A DNA stretch of 63,443 nucleotides, counting the filler, from Sphacelaria rigidula (lineage: Eukaryota), in assembly GCA_964200075.2 (NCBI GenBank). It is 11 parts of 11 records of this genome, joined end to end, with 100 filler letters (N's around TTAATTAATTAA, not from the genome) between each part and the next. Parts side by side here need not be neighbours in the genome. Positions count along the whole stretch, not along the records: positions 46,216 to 51,891 come from CAXNAA020025335.1; positions 51,992 to 57,667 come from CAXNAA020025336.1; positions 57,768 to 63,443 come from CAXNAA020025337.1; 8 more parts are not named here. The stretch is one strand, 5' to 3'. Positions 51,701 to 63,443 of the stretch are shown here, piece after piece. The translations under genes were made by a program, and so were the position numbers. The notes under the pieces were generated by a model. It did not search any database. It was not told the DNA's origin and saw nothing but the letters and a program-made list of their open reading frames with translations. The stretch's first letter is position 1. Each line of letters begins with the position of its first letter.

Positions 51701-51814
51701 AGTATATAACCCGTGGCTGTCTCTTGACACGTCGTGGTAATCTGCAAATCAACGCGAGTCTTCCACTTCACCTCGCACTGCGATCTGACAAGTCCCCATC
51801 AAAGGAAATACCAA

Positions 51815-51891
51815 ACTAACAACGAATTGTGCGAATTGAGGTTTAACTTCGAGATGAGGCTCAAGCCCAAACAGTGCTGTCCCCACACTTT
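51815..51891 (-). mobile_element. Transposon terminus homologous to the left end of contig 11
   Basis: Its reverse complement (GCACTGTTTGGGCTTGAGCCTCATCTCGAAGTTAAACCTCAATTCGCACAAT) matches 57777-57830. Confidence 0.85.
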
Positions 51892-52099
51892 NNNNNNNNN
51901 NNNNNNNNNNNNNNNNNNNNNNNNNNNNNNNNNNNTTAATTAATTAANNNNNNNNNNNNNNNNNNNNNNNNNNNNNNNNNNNNNNNNNNNNACGGGTGCC
52001 CCGTCCCAAAAGGGAGGGGTGGCCAAAGGCCAAACCCCAAAGGCAAACAAAAAATCGGTCCGCCCCCCCCCCCCACCCCCCATCGCCTACTCCAAGTGA

Positions 52100-54500
52100 A
52101 AACGGCTGGGATTGACATTGATATCGCGCCGACAATTACCCCGCACAATTTTCGCATTTCGCAAGTCTTTCATCATGGAGCACCGACAAGAGTATGATAA
52201 CAACATCGCACCAAGAGACAAAATGTACAGAAAAGCCTTGATGTTTGTGACAGGCTTCCACGATAATTGCACGGAATTCCCCTTGTACTCTCCGCCGTCT
52301 GCCACTGTTACCCTTTGTTGAGGTGCATCATTTTTTGCCGTTGGGGTTGCATCTGTTCCTCGATTGCGCCGCTACCGAACCTAAAATTGCCCACATTTTC
52401 CCCCGTTCTCTTCCCCCCGCTCACCGTATTCAAGAACTGCAACGTTGTCAAACATCACCCAGGTAGGGCACAACAACACTATCGTTCGATAAGATGTCCT
52501 TGACATCCCCGTAATATAGTAATCGGCTCACAAGGGTACAATGCTAGATAAACACCGTACCGTGGCCTTCGGCGAACACCCGGCAGGGAGCCCACGAGGC
52601 GGAGAAATGCGATTAGCTCACCTGGTTTCGTCTTTTGGAGTGCTAGGCCCGACCGTCAGCCATAAGAGAAGTACGCCGAGAACTGTTAATGAGACCTTCG
52701 CCGCTTTCCCTCTATAGATCTGGGTGTGCATACTCCGTGGAGGCCCCTCCATGTTCATCCGAGGTTCATCCTCGAATGCCATGGTCAACCCAGACAATCA
52801 TTCCTGGAAGGGGAAACAATTTGGTATATATGATCAGACCCGTAGTCGATAATGGTGAAGGACTTTCTCGCAACGAGTTAGATCTACCGATACACAGTTA
52901 GCACACTGCATGACGTGGTGCATGCTGTGCACTTGAAAAAAATCAGAATGTAAGCGGAGTCCAGATGGGATAAATGTTCATATGTCATAGGAAATGACAT
53001 CAAATCTTGCGTAGTGTCTCCAGCGAATGGATATTGGAAAATAACTCGAATCAAAGGGGACATACAGCAGGCTCCTTGCCCGGGTAGTCGGCTAAAACCC
53101 TGAGACGGATCATGATGAACCCGGTGTTTGTATTGTTGGCGTTGTTGCTCTCTGCAGAGATTTGCCACGGTTGGGTAGTGCCATACCGTTCGATCCCCTC
53201 TTCGTTCCAGCACCCCAGTGCAAAGCTACAAGCGGCCACTTGCGCACGCTCAGGTATGTACATGCTCTGGTCGTGTTCTGCCTAAACTCTCTGGCCGGTA
53301 GTGTACTAAAGTATATTAGTCTTCTATATAGCGTGGATACGGTAAGTGTTCATGTACTGTATTGTGGACCGTATCGCCTGCGGTTTTCTGCCGCTGTCTT
53401 AAACCCTGTTGCAGTATATGCTGAGCGTGTCGATTCACTGCCCTGCTGCAGAGTGCATGTGATCGGTATCTTCATTCAAATAAGTTATCGTGTGTTTTGT
53501 GTGTTGCGCTGAGGCCGTGTCTTGGAGCGTGTCCTGGCATCTTTTTTCGATCGAAAAAGTGCGGTCGATTTTTTTTTGCCAATCTGATAGATCAACCTCA
53601 TTTATGTTCCTAGAATACTTCAACTCAAACTTATCATTGGTGGGCTCAGTGTTGCGCCGAAAGAAAAAATATATATATATTCGGAACAGAATCCGACATC
53701 TTTTCGCCCCGACAGGCACGCCCCCACAACGCTGCCCTAGATTTAGCAACATGAGGTTGTTGCCTAGAATCTACACGACATGCGGACGAAGTTTCAGCGC
53801 CTAAAAGTACTGACAGCGCGTGTACGGCCGTGCCTCCTGAATTGAGGACCTCTACAAACAATACCAGAATTTGTACCGCACAGAATGTCATCATCCGCAA
53901 TGGGTACCAGCACAGATCGATGTTTGTTTCACGGCGCAGAAGCTGGGTAGTAGGTCATAACGTGGAAGTGAACGCACCCGCGTGTCAGAACATGCATCCA
54001 GCGATGTGTCGCGCAGTCTGGGCTGCAGAGACGCCGTTTTGAGGGTGTATGGACGGCATGACCCACAATCCGTGTTCGCTCCGTCCACCGTGTGCACTAC
54101 CCATCACGTGCCGCCGAACAGCCTTATGCTGTCTATGTTGTGCTATACCTACGTGCCAAGTTTGAAGCCGGTTGGTGGGGACACCGTGGAGGAATCCACG
54201 AACAAAGTAACGCTTGAAAAGTGGAAAATTCGGTACTGAACGCTCGAAAAGATACATGAGGTATGGTTACGCCGCATATCACAGATTCGGTGAGATACCG
54301 CCATCCTATTTCCACTCCTTCGGCCACCCGCCCAGTATGATGGCAACAACTGCGGGGTTCGCGAACGCGTCGGGTGCAGGGTGCGATGGAAGACACTCCG
54401 GTTGTTTCTCGTCCTGATGGTGTGTACAGCGAGAAGCACTGTGGGCTGAGGTATCGCGCAGATGCGATACCGCACCCCACTGAGGGTGTGTCTCCACGCC
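52100..54500 (-). pseudogene. Decayed CACTA/EnSpm (Tnp2-like) transposase
   Basis: Frameshift-joined motifs appear in the expected order: PLVAL..CWNEEGI...FIMIRLRVLADYPG, HGIRG*, RGCQG...LP, MMHLNKG. There are many stops, and the upstream boundary is uncertain. Confidence 0.5.
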
Positions 54501-56514
54501 AAATATTCTGTCGATGCCGTGACAAAGGTCAGGTTCAACGAACGCCTTCTTTTCGTGTGTCTTTGTTGTACCACGGTAAATATATCTGATTGGCCACTAA
54601 TCGCGTGATAGAATGTGTCTCGATGGAAATCGCCTGTTTGCCCTCCCATGAGTAATTATCTCGCAGATGAGGTTTCGACAGAGGTTGACACGTCGGAACG
54701 ATCGTAAATCTTTGCTGATCCCGTTCCGCAGCGATTTTCCGTTCCAGGGTTATGTCACGGCTCTACTCGCGCCCGAAATTGTAATGTAAGCCACAAGCGG
54801 CCGACTGAATAAAATGCGTGTCAGCAACGAGCGGCCAACTGAATAAAATGAATGAAGCACAAGAAAAGTACGAAGTTGTTTCCATGACAAAGCATCGACT
54901 TTGCTTCCAACATTAAAAACGAATTTGTAGTCAAGAACTGTATCGTTTGTTATTGCAATTGCAACTTCGGCCGCCAACGAAAGTGTCGCGTCCACAAAAC
55001 GCGAGCGTGCTCGGGACTGCAATTTTATTGTTACGCGACCGCCCCTGTTATGGAGAGTGCGGGTTCGGGCACAAACAAAGTGTTGTGGGGGTTATCAATG
55101 TCCTTCACGATAGTGTCGACGAATAAAGCTTTTTATTCCGAGGTGCCAACATCCGTCCAACCCTGCCGTCGGCTGAAAATCGATAGCGAAATGCCAACAG
55201 CCAGTCACACAAATGTTTCAAGCATCATAAATGGCGTTGGTGGCGAGACTGGACGGTAGCACTTTCGGCGCGTGTTGTGAAGAACAAAATATAACATTTC
55301 TCGGATATTGCAGTTCCGCAATAAGTAAAACACAGGCATAGACCAACGCCGCGAAAAACAATAATGGCGTTAAATTTCCCAAGTGATACCAGTCCCCTCG
55401 TGGGCGGGGTACTGATCGCATACTTCGCCGAAAATCACACCGAAGATGAAATGAAGCCCATAGAATCCCATGATATGACGTCGTGGAAGGTCACGTGAAC
55501 GATACGTTTTGTTGGTGACGGAGAATGCATGACTCTCGCAATCTAGCGCAGTTTTTTTTGCTATTTCGAGGGAGTAACATACAGGAGGAGCCCGCACAAG
55601 TGACCGTATCCATTTCAAAACGCGCCATCTCCGCAGAAAGAACACTTGCCCTCAACACTCAGTACCCTCATGGTATGGACACTGTATCCTTCGCTGCGGC
55701 GGGAAGTCCAGGCCTCAAAACCGTTCGATCGAATGCCGAGCGCCCACATCGAAACGCACGATGCGCCGACGTCGATCGATACGCAACAAATCGTACCACT
55801 TTACATGGCAAAAAAGGCCGATACGACATCACGACCGTTGACCCCTCCACGCGCGGCGGGCACATCTGGAATGTCGAGGGCATAATGTGAACGACAACCA
55901 GTCCTTCCATGAGACCACAGTACATCCTGCAGTCTACATGGTCTCCGTCCACCCGCGATACAACCCGTGGCAGTCTCAGAGTCTGGTTTCGCCGCTTTTC
56001 GTGCACCTGAGGCGAAATGTAGCGCGCACGCGAGTAAATAGACGCAGAGAGGGTCAGCGAGCCACAGTCGTGCTCCTTTTCAGCCCGACGGAGAGGGAGG
56101 GGGGGGCGTTCCTCACGATAGCACCCGAAAAGGGGCGGCGTCGCCGCGCAGCATGACTGATCGACATCAATCGGCGGTTGCATGCTCGCGCAACTCCCAC
56201 GAGGTATGCTTTCCCAAAACTCACTCATCGACAGCCACATTCCAATACCATCTACGGCAGCCACATTGTGCTCCCCTCATGTTACAAACTCACAGATTGC
56301 AACATTTGACAGATTGCAACAATTCAATTGCTGCAACCCACCGCAGCCCCATCCATCCAACATAATATCAAACAGAAGAAGAAATCTCCGGGATTGCGGG
56401 CGATGGACGGGCCTGCGCATCACAATAAACGAGGGGGGACCGGGGCGCATGACTATCGACGCGAACCTCCTTCGCCGAAGGTCTTGGTATCATACCTGTG
56501 CGTTGACCACTCTC

Positions 56515-56991
56515 TCACACATCGTTCATCCGGTCCAAGTACCATTCCAGTATGTCCTCGGCCGTGTCTCCGTGCGAACCACGTGATTCCTCCGATGATG
56601 TGTTGCTACGGCACTCGCAGTCGTCATCCGAGCTCGTCTCTGGTTCGTCGCTGCCATCACCCCCGGGATCCACATCATTCGCCATCACCAACTGCAACCC
56701 TTTGCCAACCGGTGCGTTTTGCGCGTCGACAGCAGGATCGCACCGCCCTCTGCACCCACACAGTATGGGATGGCAATTCTTCCCAAGCTCCGCGCATTTA
56801 CAGTTGCCGTTGCACTGGTGTTTCTCCGCCGCCGATGGGATAGACCCGCATAGAAGACGATCGATCCTCCCCGTGGGGTCGATACGCGCATGTTCCGATA
56901 AGTTGACGACAACATTGGCCTTCGTCATGGGTGTATCTGCGTCTTCAGACGTGGTACTCCAACCGCGATTGTTGAACTTCACGTCCGCCAT
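56515..56991 (-). CDS. ORF with a CXC/CRC-like cysteine cluster, probably a transposon accessory gene remnant
   Basis: CNGNCKCAELGKNCHPILCGCRGRC is followed by an acidic tract. It lies on the same strand as, and upstream of, the Tnp2-like remnant. Confidence 0.4.
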   Translation of the reverse strand: MADVKFNNRGWSTTSEDADTPMTKANVVVNLSEHARIDPTGRIDRLLCGSIPSAAEKHQCNGNCKCAELGKNCHPILCGCRGRCDPAVDAQNAPVGKGLQLVMANDVDPGGDGSDEPETSSDDDCECRSNTSSEESRGSHGDTAEDILEWYLDRMNDV

Positions 56992-58199
56992 GGACTGGTG
57001 TTAGTGGTTGTTCTTCGTCAGAGAGGTGCTCTATCGCCGTGGTATCCCCGCGGCGCGTGTCCATCATCCCAGAGCTGCGACAAACACGCAGCAATGAGGA
57101 AGGCAGACATGATTACGCGATCGAGGCCGCGATCACCATCACCCATGTGCTGCCGATCTGTCTCTGCAGCTCAGCTGCTTATACACACGGGCAGTCACCG
57201 TGTTTGGTATCCGCCATAACCCACACATTCACGACACAGGAATGAAGTCATTCATTGGGGGGTAATAGAGGCGAGGTGTTTGTACCTGAGAATAACAGCG
57301 TGGCGATAACATAGGGCCTGAACCATCGTTCGTGAATGGCGTGCTCCGCGAGGAAGGGGGCGGGGCACCCCCGTTGAATGTTAAACAGATAAATATATAC
57401 AATTAGGTCTCCACGAACAGGGTATTCGACCCCAATACAGTGCTTTTACTGCACTTGCAGTGGCTGGGGTGCGTGGTCCCATTTCCTGCGGATCAATGAA
57501 CGTGCCCTGAACGTATCCATATCCAGAACAGTGTACAGCATTGTAGCCAGCAGCACGCGACGTAACCCCTTATTGTATACTGACACTCACAACACCTGCT
57601 GTACTGTACTCTACTTCAAACACAGTACAATAAATTCATGTACATCAAATACAGTACAGTAAATACANNNNNNNNNNNNNNNNNNNNNNNNNNNNNNNNN
57701 NNNNNNNNNNNTTAATTAATTAANNNNNNNNNNNNNNNNNNNNNNNNNNNNNNNNNNNNNNNNNNNNGTGAGCAAAGCACTGTTTTGGGCTTGAACCTCA
57801 TCTCGGAGTTAAACCTCAATTCGCACAATTTGTTGTTATCTTGTGCTTGAGCTGGACGGTTTTGTACGTGTGAGCAGACGAATGTTACGAGAGTGATTAC
57901 ACGAGAAAAAGCCCGCGTTTTTTTTTTTTTGGGGGGGGGTTATGGTAGAACAGACAAATCACGGCGAGTGATACATCTTGTCTCACGTGGTTGGTACATA
58001 TATGTATGTGTATGTATATATGTGATTCCGGAGATGATTAGATATAAATATATGAACGTACACAGCTATGGCTCAACCATATTGCATGGATCGACACGTC
58101 TCAGCAGTGGTTGCCATATCCGGGTCTCGCCTTGCTCATGATCCGCTAAACGGGGCTGTACACGTCCTAGCGTTGTAAATGGCATCCGTGGTTGTTACG

Positions 58200-58875
58200 G
58201 AGGACAAGACTCGACCTTGCACGTGGACCGACTTCGGGATATCCTCGACAAGGTCCATGCTTAATCAGGCTTTTCACCCGGCACAACGTTCGACGTTGTC
58301 CACCGTCCGCAGTCTCGGATACCTTGGTAGATGGCATGGTCTATCGGGGTCTTGTGAAAAAGGCAAACTTGGCAGGGTACTCTTCCCTATATACGGGAGG
58401 GGTCCATACTTGCGCAGGTTTAAACAAAAGCTGTCTCCTCGCACAAGGTCTCATGCTGTGCAGGGTCCGCACATTTGGATATCCTAGTAGGTGATGGTAA
58501 CTTTCAAGGTCGTCTCAAGAATGAACCTTGAGAGGCATCGCCCCCTATACCCTGTGCAGGGTCCACAGTTGTACAGGGTCAATAAAATCTGACCCCTTGC
58601 ACAAGGTCTCATGCTGTGCAGGGTCCGCACATTTGGATACCCTGATAGGTGGTAGCACCTGCCAGGGTCATCGTGAAAATCAACCTTGACAGGCGTCGCC
58701 CACTACACCCTGTGCAGGGTCCACCGTTGTACAGGGTTGAAAAAATCTGCCTCCTGGTACAGGGTCTCATGCTGTGCAGGGTCCGCACATATGGATATCC
58801 TGAAAGATGGTAGCACCTGCCAGGGTCGTCGCAAAAATCAACCTTGACAGGGTATTGTCCCTTCGACCCTGCAGC
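58200..58875. repeat. 158-bp tandem array (three conserved copies plus one or two diverged)
   Basis: G(C/T)ACA(A/G)GGTCTCATGCTGTGCAGGGTCCGCACAT starts at 58441, 58599 and 58757; each unit is built from recurring CAGGGT motifs. Confidence 0.92.
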
Positions 58876-59059
58876 TGTAGCCGAATGTCCACCTGTGCTA
58901 GCCCCCCCCCCCCTGGAGGACATTTTATCGAAAAATGTCATGATTTTGTTGTCAACTTTGCGTAAGAAGTTCATCAATGACTGTTTTGATTTTTTCTGTT
59001 GATTTTGTCGCAAAAAATTGATCAATGAACACTGACAAAAATCGGCCATGATGCTACAC

Positions 59060-62000
59060 GCTACATGACGGTCCGAAGCGGCAGTCGGCCGCAGGAAGAG
59101 TGCACACGCCTGCTCTTTCGTTCCTCACGTGAACTGTCTCCAGGGTTCGGGCGTGTGCACGCGTGTGTATGTGTTTGTATCCACATGTGAGTGGCCTCGG
59201 GGCAGTTGCTGTCGCCAACACTTTTTTGGGCTAGTTCCTCCCACTCTGACGACTTCCACACGGTCGTGGCTCGCGAAGAAGTTTATGTCGCCACCACACC
59301 TCCTTGGTACTCGGCATCGCCCCGGCGGGATGAGAGTTCCCAACTTCTGCGACTCGCACGTGCGTGTCCCTGGGGTCGACGAAAAGCTTTGAAGGTGAAC
59401 ACCACCGCGGAGTGGAAAAAAAGGTATCAGCAGGCAATCCGTGCGCACTTTTTTGAGGGCCCTTTTTTTGGCAAGGGAAATGACTACACGGTTCCTCGCT
59501 TTCTCGCCACGACTGAACATTATTACAAGATTTGAGAACACAACGAAGCACATAGAGCATCTGTCGGCGAGGGCGCCCCCCTCCCCCCCTCTCCCTGCAC
59601 GTGCCTTGCGTGGTAATACATGTTGGGACAAGTCTCATCCAAGCTTCGAGCGGCGGGAATCATCGAATTCAGAATGCTCTTCACAGTAATTGGCGTTTTG
59701 AGTTGCGGTGAATATTCCATGACGTCGGGATCATCGTACTGTCGCCGGATAGGTTCCTCCTGGCAGGAGATGCCGTGACGGGGATCGGGGTGAAGAGCAC
59801 ACAGCTACTGGAGGTCGCGCTCGAGCTTGATCGTCCCACGGAACTCTTCGTCCACCACCACGGTCTCGCGACCGAGGTTGGGGGCCGTATGGAGAGGGCC
59901 TTCCAAAAGGCTTTCATGTCGGGGATGTTCAACGCAAGTTCCCGAAAAACCGAATGCTTGCTCGAGGTGTCGCGATCCTTAGTCCGCGGCTTTGGCCGAC
60001 GTGCAGGCACTGGATCGGATTTGATTACTCGCGACTTATATATATATGATGTGCCAGATGAAGCTCACGCCAATGACCCCGACCTCGCGTGTGTTCATGC
60101 GTCACCTTTGCCGGCAGTATGATATCAGCGGCGAGGTGTACGTGGGGCCGACGCTGCTCCCATCAGCGCCGCCCACAGACACTACGCCGGGAGGATTGCT
60201 GGTTCGGGGTCCGGGAGACACGACTGAAGTATCATGACGGGTGCTTCACGGACTCCTGGAAGTGATGGCGATGGTAATGATGGTGGTGATTGCAACAGCA
60301 ATAATGATGACGCTGGAGTCTCGAGTTACAGTGGCGCAGTTGGAGAGTGAAAGCAATAGGTTCACATACAGGTCGAATGTGGACGCGAACGTACAGTTCA
60401 GGGCGGGGTCGAGATGCCGTCATGTAGCATGGATGGGGTGTTGCGATGGGGTGTATGACGGGACCATACGAAGCAGTGTTGGGGTGGATGCAAACGACTT
60501 TTTTTTCGATTGAGACATTGCTGCATCATATATGCTCAAACCGGATTGGAGAGCTCGACCGGTATTTGAAGTACGGTGCATTCGTACAATCTATTGTTAA
60601 AGTTGTGCATCGACCGTCGAACAAGGAGGTCAGTGATGCTTTCTTATGGGCCCTTCTTCAGGACAGTGGACGCCCAATCATCCGCTCGGCACATCACTGC
60701 GTTGGCAGTGATGTCCCCCCAGCACGTCACTGACGACCAACTTGACGCCCGAGATTTTTTTCTTGACATGGGCCTCGAGACGAACAAGAGCGAGAACATC
60801 CTCGACAATCAAGCAAACGTTGTTACGGTCCGTCGCCCGCAGCTAACCAGGGATGGGCGGCACGTGCAACCACGGACGCACTTCCTACTCCTCCCCAAAA
60901 TTGCACATCAGCGCCGTCGTGCGGTACTCTTGAGGGCTTTTTGTCATTCAACGGCTAGGGTCTTCAAACCTCATTTCAATGATGAACCTCATTTTATAGA
61001 ATCCGCTGTTGGATGGCCTGCTGTCATGAAAATTTGACAGCAATAGACAGTACAGTACATCAAAAGTTCGATTCAAATAGGATGGTGTAGGATAACTCCA
61101 ATGTTTAATAGGGCACAGCAAGCTTCAAATCAAGCGGGCAGCATTGCAACGGTAACCCTGGACCCCAGGATATAGATATACATGTGTGCGCTTATTGCAG
61201 ACACATCGTAGTCCTGCATAAATGCCGTGAAAACGCGGCTTCACGTGGACGAGAATAAGCGCTGCATGGATGCGGTAGCTTGACTTGTTGACATCATTTT
61301 GGCATTTATATATATATATATATATGTATATATTATTTATACTATATATATCAGGCTACACAAGCAGTCCAACGTTTCCGTTTTACAGTACCCGCGGTTC
61401 ATCACAACATTGGCTCTTACCCAGATGCAGCATGAAACAAGCCTTATCCACACGGTATCCAGTAAGCCGTGAAATCAATCCAAGCGGGTAGCACGATGTT
61501 ATCAGCATGGACTCTTCATTATCTTTCCCTCTCTTGGTTGTAGCTTGTCATGACAAAAAGTGAGGTTGGCTGACCACATCGCCAGATTCATCGACACATG
61601 ATGCATGAAGTCAGCGATGTATTCAGCGCGGCCGGTTCAATAACCCACAGTTATGCAATAAAATGTATAGAATATACGGATATTTCATGTTGACTGTAAA
61701 CGACATGCATCGCCGTAGGCATGGCTGCCCTTGTTGAATTTCCCCGTGAAGACACGGTGTGCAGACATTACATGAGCCAACTCGCATCACAGTCATAGCT
61801 ACTATTCACAACTGTAGCATAGTAGAGTAGAACGGATGTCTTGCCTTCGCGTGGAAACATCAATTCAAACTGTTAGAGTGCCTCGTCAACCGAAATATAC
61901 GGGTCATGCAGGGACGTGACTGCTCACGGCGGGCAATTGTACTTCAATTACGCGTTGTACTATAAAATACACATAATATAAGGCAGGGCGATTATAGCTG

Positions 62001-62767
62001 CACCCCTAACATCAAACTCAGTCGTTTAGCAATAATCGCTGCGCCAACGCCGTGAACATGCATCTTCGGTGGCGTAGGATAAGCACAGCAGGCAGTGACT
62101 TCAAGCACATACAGGATTGACCAAGGACCAGTTCGTTCCGTGGCTCATCCATAGACAGCGAAATTCGTCATCACATGCGGGGTTATCGTTTGAGGCGAAC
62201 AACGATTTTTCATATATGGGGACCGAAACATCACGGTGGCTGATGCTTCGTTGAAAAAGCGCATTTCGGAAAATCGCAAGAGGTGTGATCAATACGTCAC
62301 GGATGACAACAGTCGACACAATAGTCTCGGTTATGGAAGCGCCATGTTACAAACAGACGGTATAGTAGCCTCTCTGGCTTGTCCGTGCACTGGTTCGTTT
62401 TTACTACTGTCTCAATTGTTATGGCTACCATGATCGCTGCTCAAGCACTGTGATGACGGATCTTCACAAGACGGGGCATAAAGTGAAATTTCCTACTTCA
62501 ACCAAATATGCGGCATATTCATCCATATGCAATACAGTATGCAGTGGTTTGTACGTACTCGCTCACTTCACCATTTATCGCAGTGCAAAACGGTTTTCCA
62601 GCACAAGGGATGATCAGTTTAACGAGGAACAGCTCATCCTGAATGTCAGGGTGTCTTGTTCACAGCTTCAGGCGATGATATTTCTCTTTTGCAATGGTGG
62701 CTTTGAATCTCATTTTTCAGGTCACTTCGTTCCCTTTCATAGGAGTAAAAACCAGGGTGCCGGTTGA
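59060..62767 (+). pseudogene. Degenerate KDZ-like transposase
   Basis: Ordered motifs across frameshifts: CCDGVYDG..AVLGW..TFFSIETL (about 60440-60520); C...PQHVTDD (about 60700-60740); AHTGLTKDQF...H...FEANNDF (62102-62210); TDLHKTGHK|C across a GT-AG intron (62483-62583); NEEQL...VRVSCSQL. Confidence 0.55.
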
Positions 62768-63309
62768 CATCGAATTCTCAAAAGGATCGAGTTCAGGCCG
62801 GATGCAAAGACGCATGTTTATGTAACCGTCTTCGTATGGATTAAACATCCTCACCCCTGACTGCGGCACATTGCCAGTTCCTGCAGTCAGCCCTCCGGGA
62901 CTTTTCCATCAGATAGATAGGCTTTAGTTCCGTATGCGCGTTTTTTTCTTGAAATTAAGCTCCATTGTTTTTTTTTTCAAGTTTTTTCAGCGCAAATTAG
63001 GCGCGCTTTATGCGCCTTATCCCCGTCCTTGTTGTGGCGTTGTGGCAGTATATCCCCTCACGAGGCGCGCCTTCTAGCATGAGGACAAGACGACAAGTTG
63101 GGCATTCGAAATTTTGTTGATTATTCATAAATAAAAAATGAAGCTTTTCTTCAGTTATCAAGTTTGGAGACCACAACCTGCACACCTACACCCTATAAGC
63201 CACGTACGGGAACAACAAACACCACTACCCTTACGATACTTGATACAGCAGTACGGTATTGTAGCCTCTATACTCAGGGCATTGCGGCCTTTGGCCTCTC
63301 GCCCGGCAA

Positions 63310-63345
63310 GCTACCAGCTACCAGCTACCAGCTACCAGCTACCAC
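63310..63345. repeat. (GCTACCA)5 minisatellite
   Basis: Seen directly in the sequence. Confidence 0.9.
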
Positions 63346-63443
63346 CACCACCCCCGCATTATCCACCATCAAACAGCCGATTTTCGAAAATGGGGTTGAA
63401 AAAGAAAATGAGGTTCAACTCAAAAGCCGTGCTTTCCCTGACC

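Larger units (their letters stand above)
57768..63443. mobile_element. ~5.7-kb TIR-bounded DNA transposon, candidate KDZ superfamily
   Basis: The left end reads GTGAGCAAAGCACTGTTTTGGGCTTGAACCTCAT...AACCTCA. The reverse complement of the right end reads GTCAGGGAAAGCACGGCTTTTGAGTTGAACCTCAT...AACCCCA. A degenerate transposase lies between them. Confidence 0.65.

Noticed and set aside
58200..58875. 158-bp array as a CRISPR or retrozyme array
   Set aside because: Whole units are homologous with no spacers, and I see no CUGAUGA...GAAA hammerhead core.
62997..63185. Minus-strand ORF with CPTC as a zinc-finger cargo gene
   Set aside because: It has a single CxxC in a 62-aa ORF with no supporting exons.

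Overview
This window is not one locus. It is 11 unrelated contigs of 5,676-5,677 bp each, joined by an artificial 100-bp spacer (44 N + TTAATTAATTAA + 44 N). The DNA is eukaryotic: spliceosomal introns of about 0.15-1.2 kb, roughly 50% GC, abundant CpG and dense repeats. That pattern suggests a brown alga or related stramenopile (inference). Three host genes can be assembled from exons: the 3' end of a Strawberry-notch (SBNO/FORGETTER1-type) gene, a chromatin reader with two PHD/Zn-knuckle/ePHD (PZP) modules and a GC-AG intron, and two exons of a cyanobacterial-type FAD oxidoreductase (carotenoid-desaturase/amine-oxidase-like). Almost everything else is mobile DNA: a decayed Ty3/gypsy pol, an LTR+PBS+gag 5' end, hAT ends, a CACTA/Tnp2-like remnant, a Ulp1-like protease remnant, two tRNA-derived SINE families, LINE tails and many MITEs. 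The most unusual item is contig 11. It is bounded by imperfect inverted repeats and carries a 158-bp tandem array plus a frameshifted reading frame with KDZ (Kyakuja-Dileera-Zisupton) transposase-like motifs. Related termini occur in contigs 3 and 9. All family assignments come from recognising motifs by eye; no searches were run. I found no CRISPR array or prokaryotic-type system.
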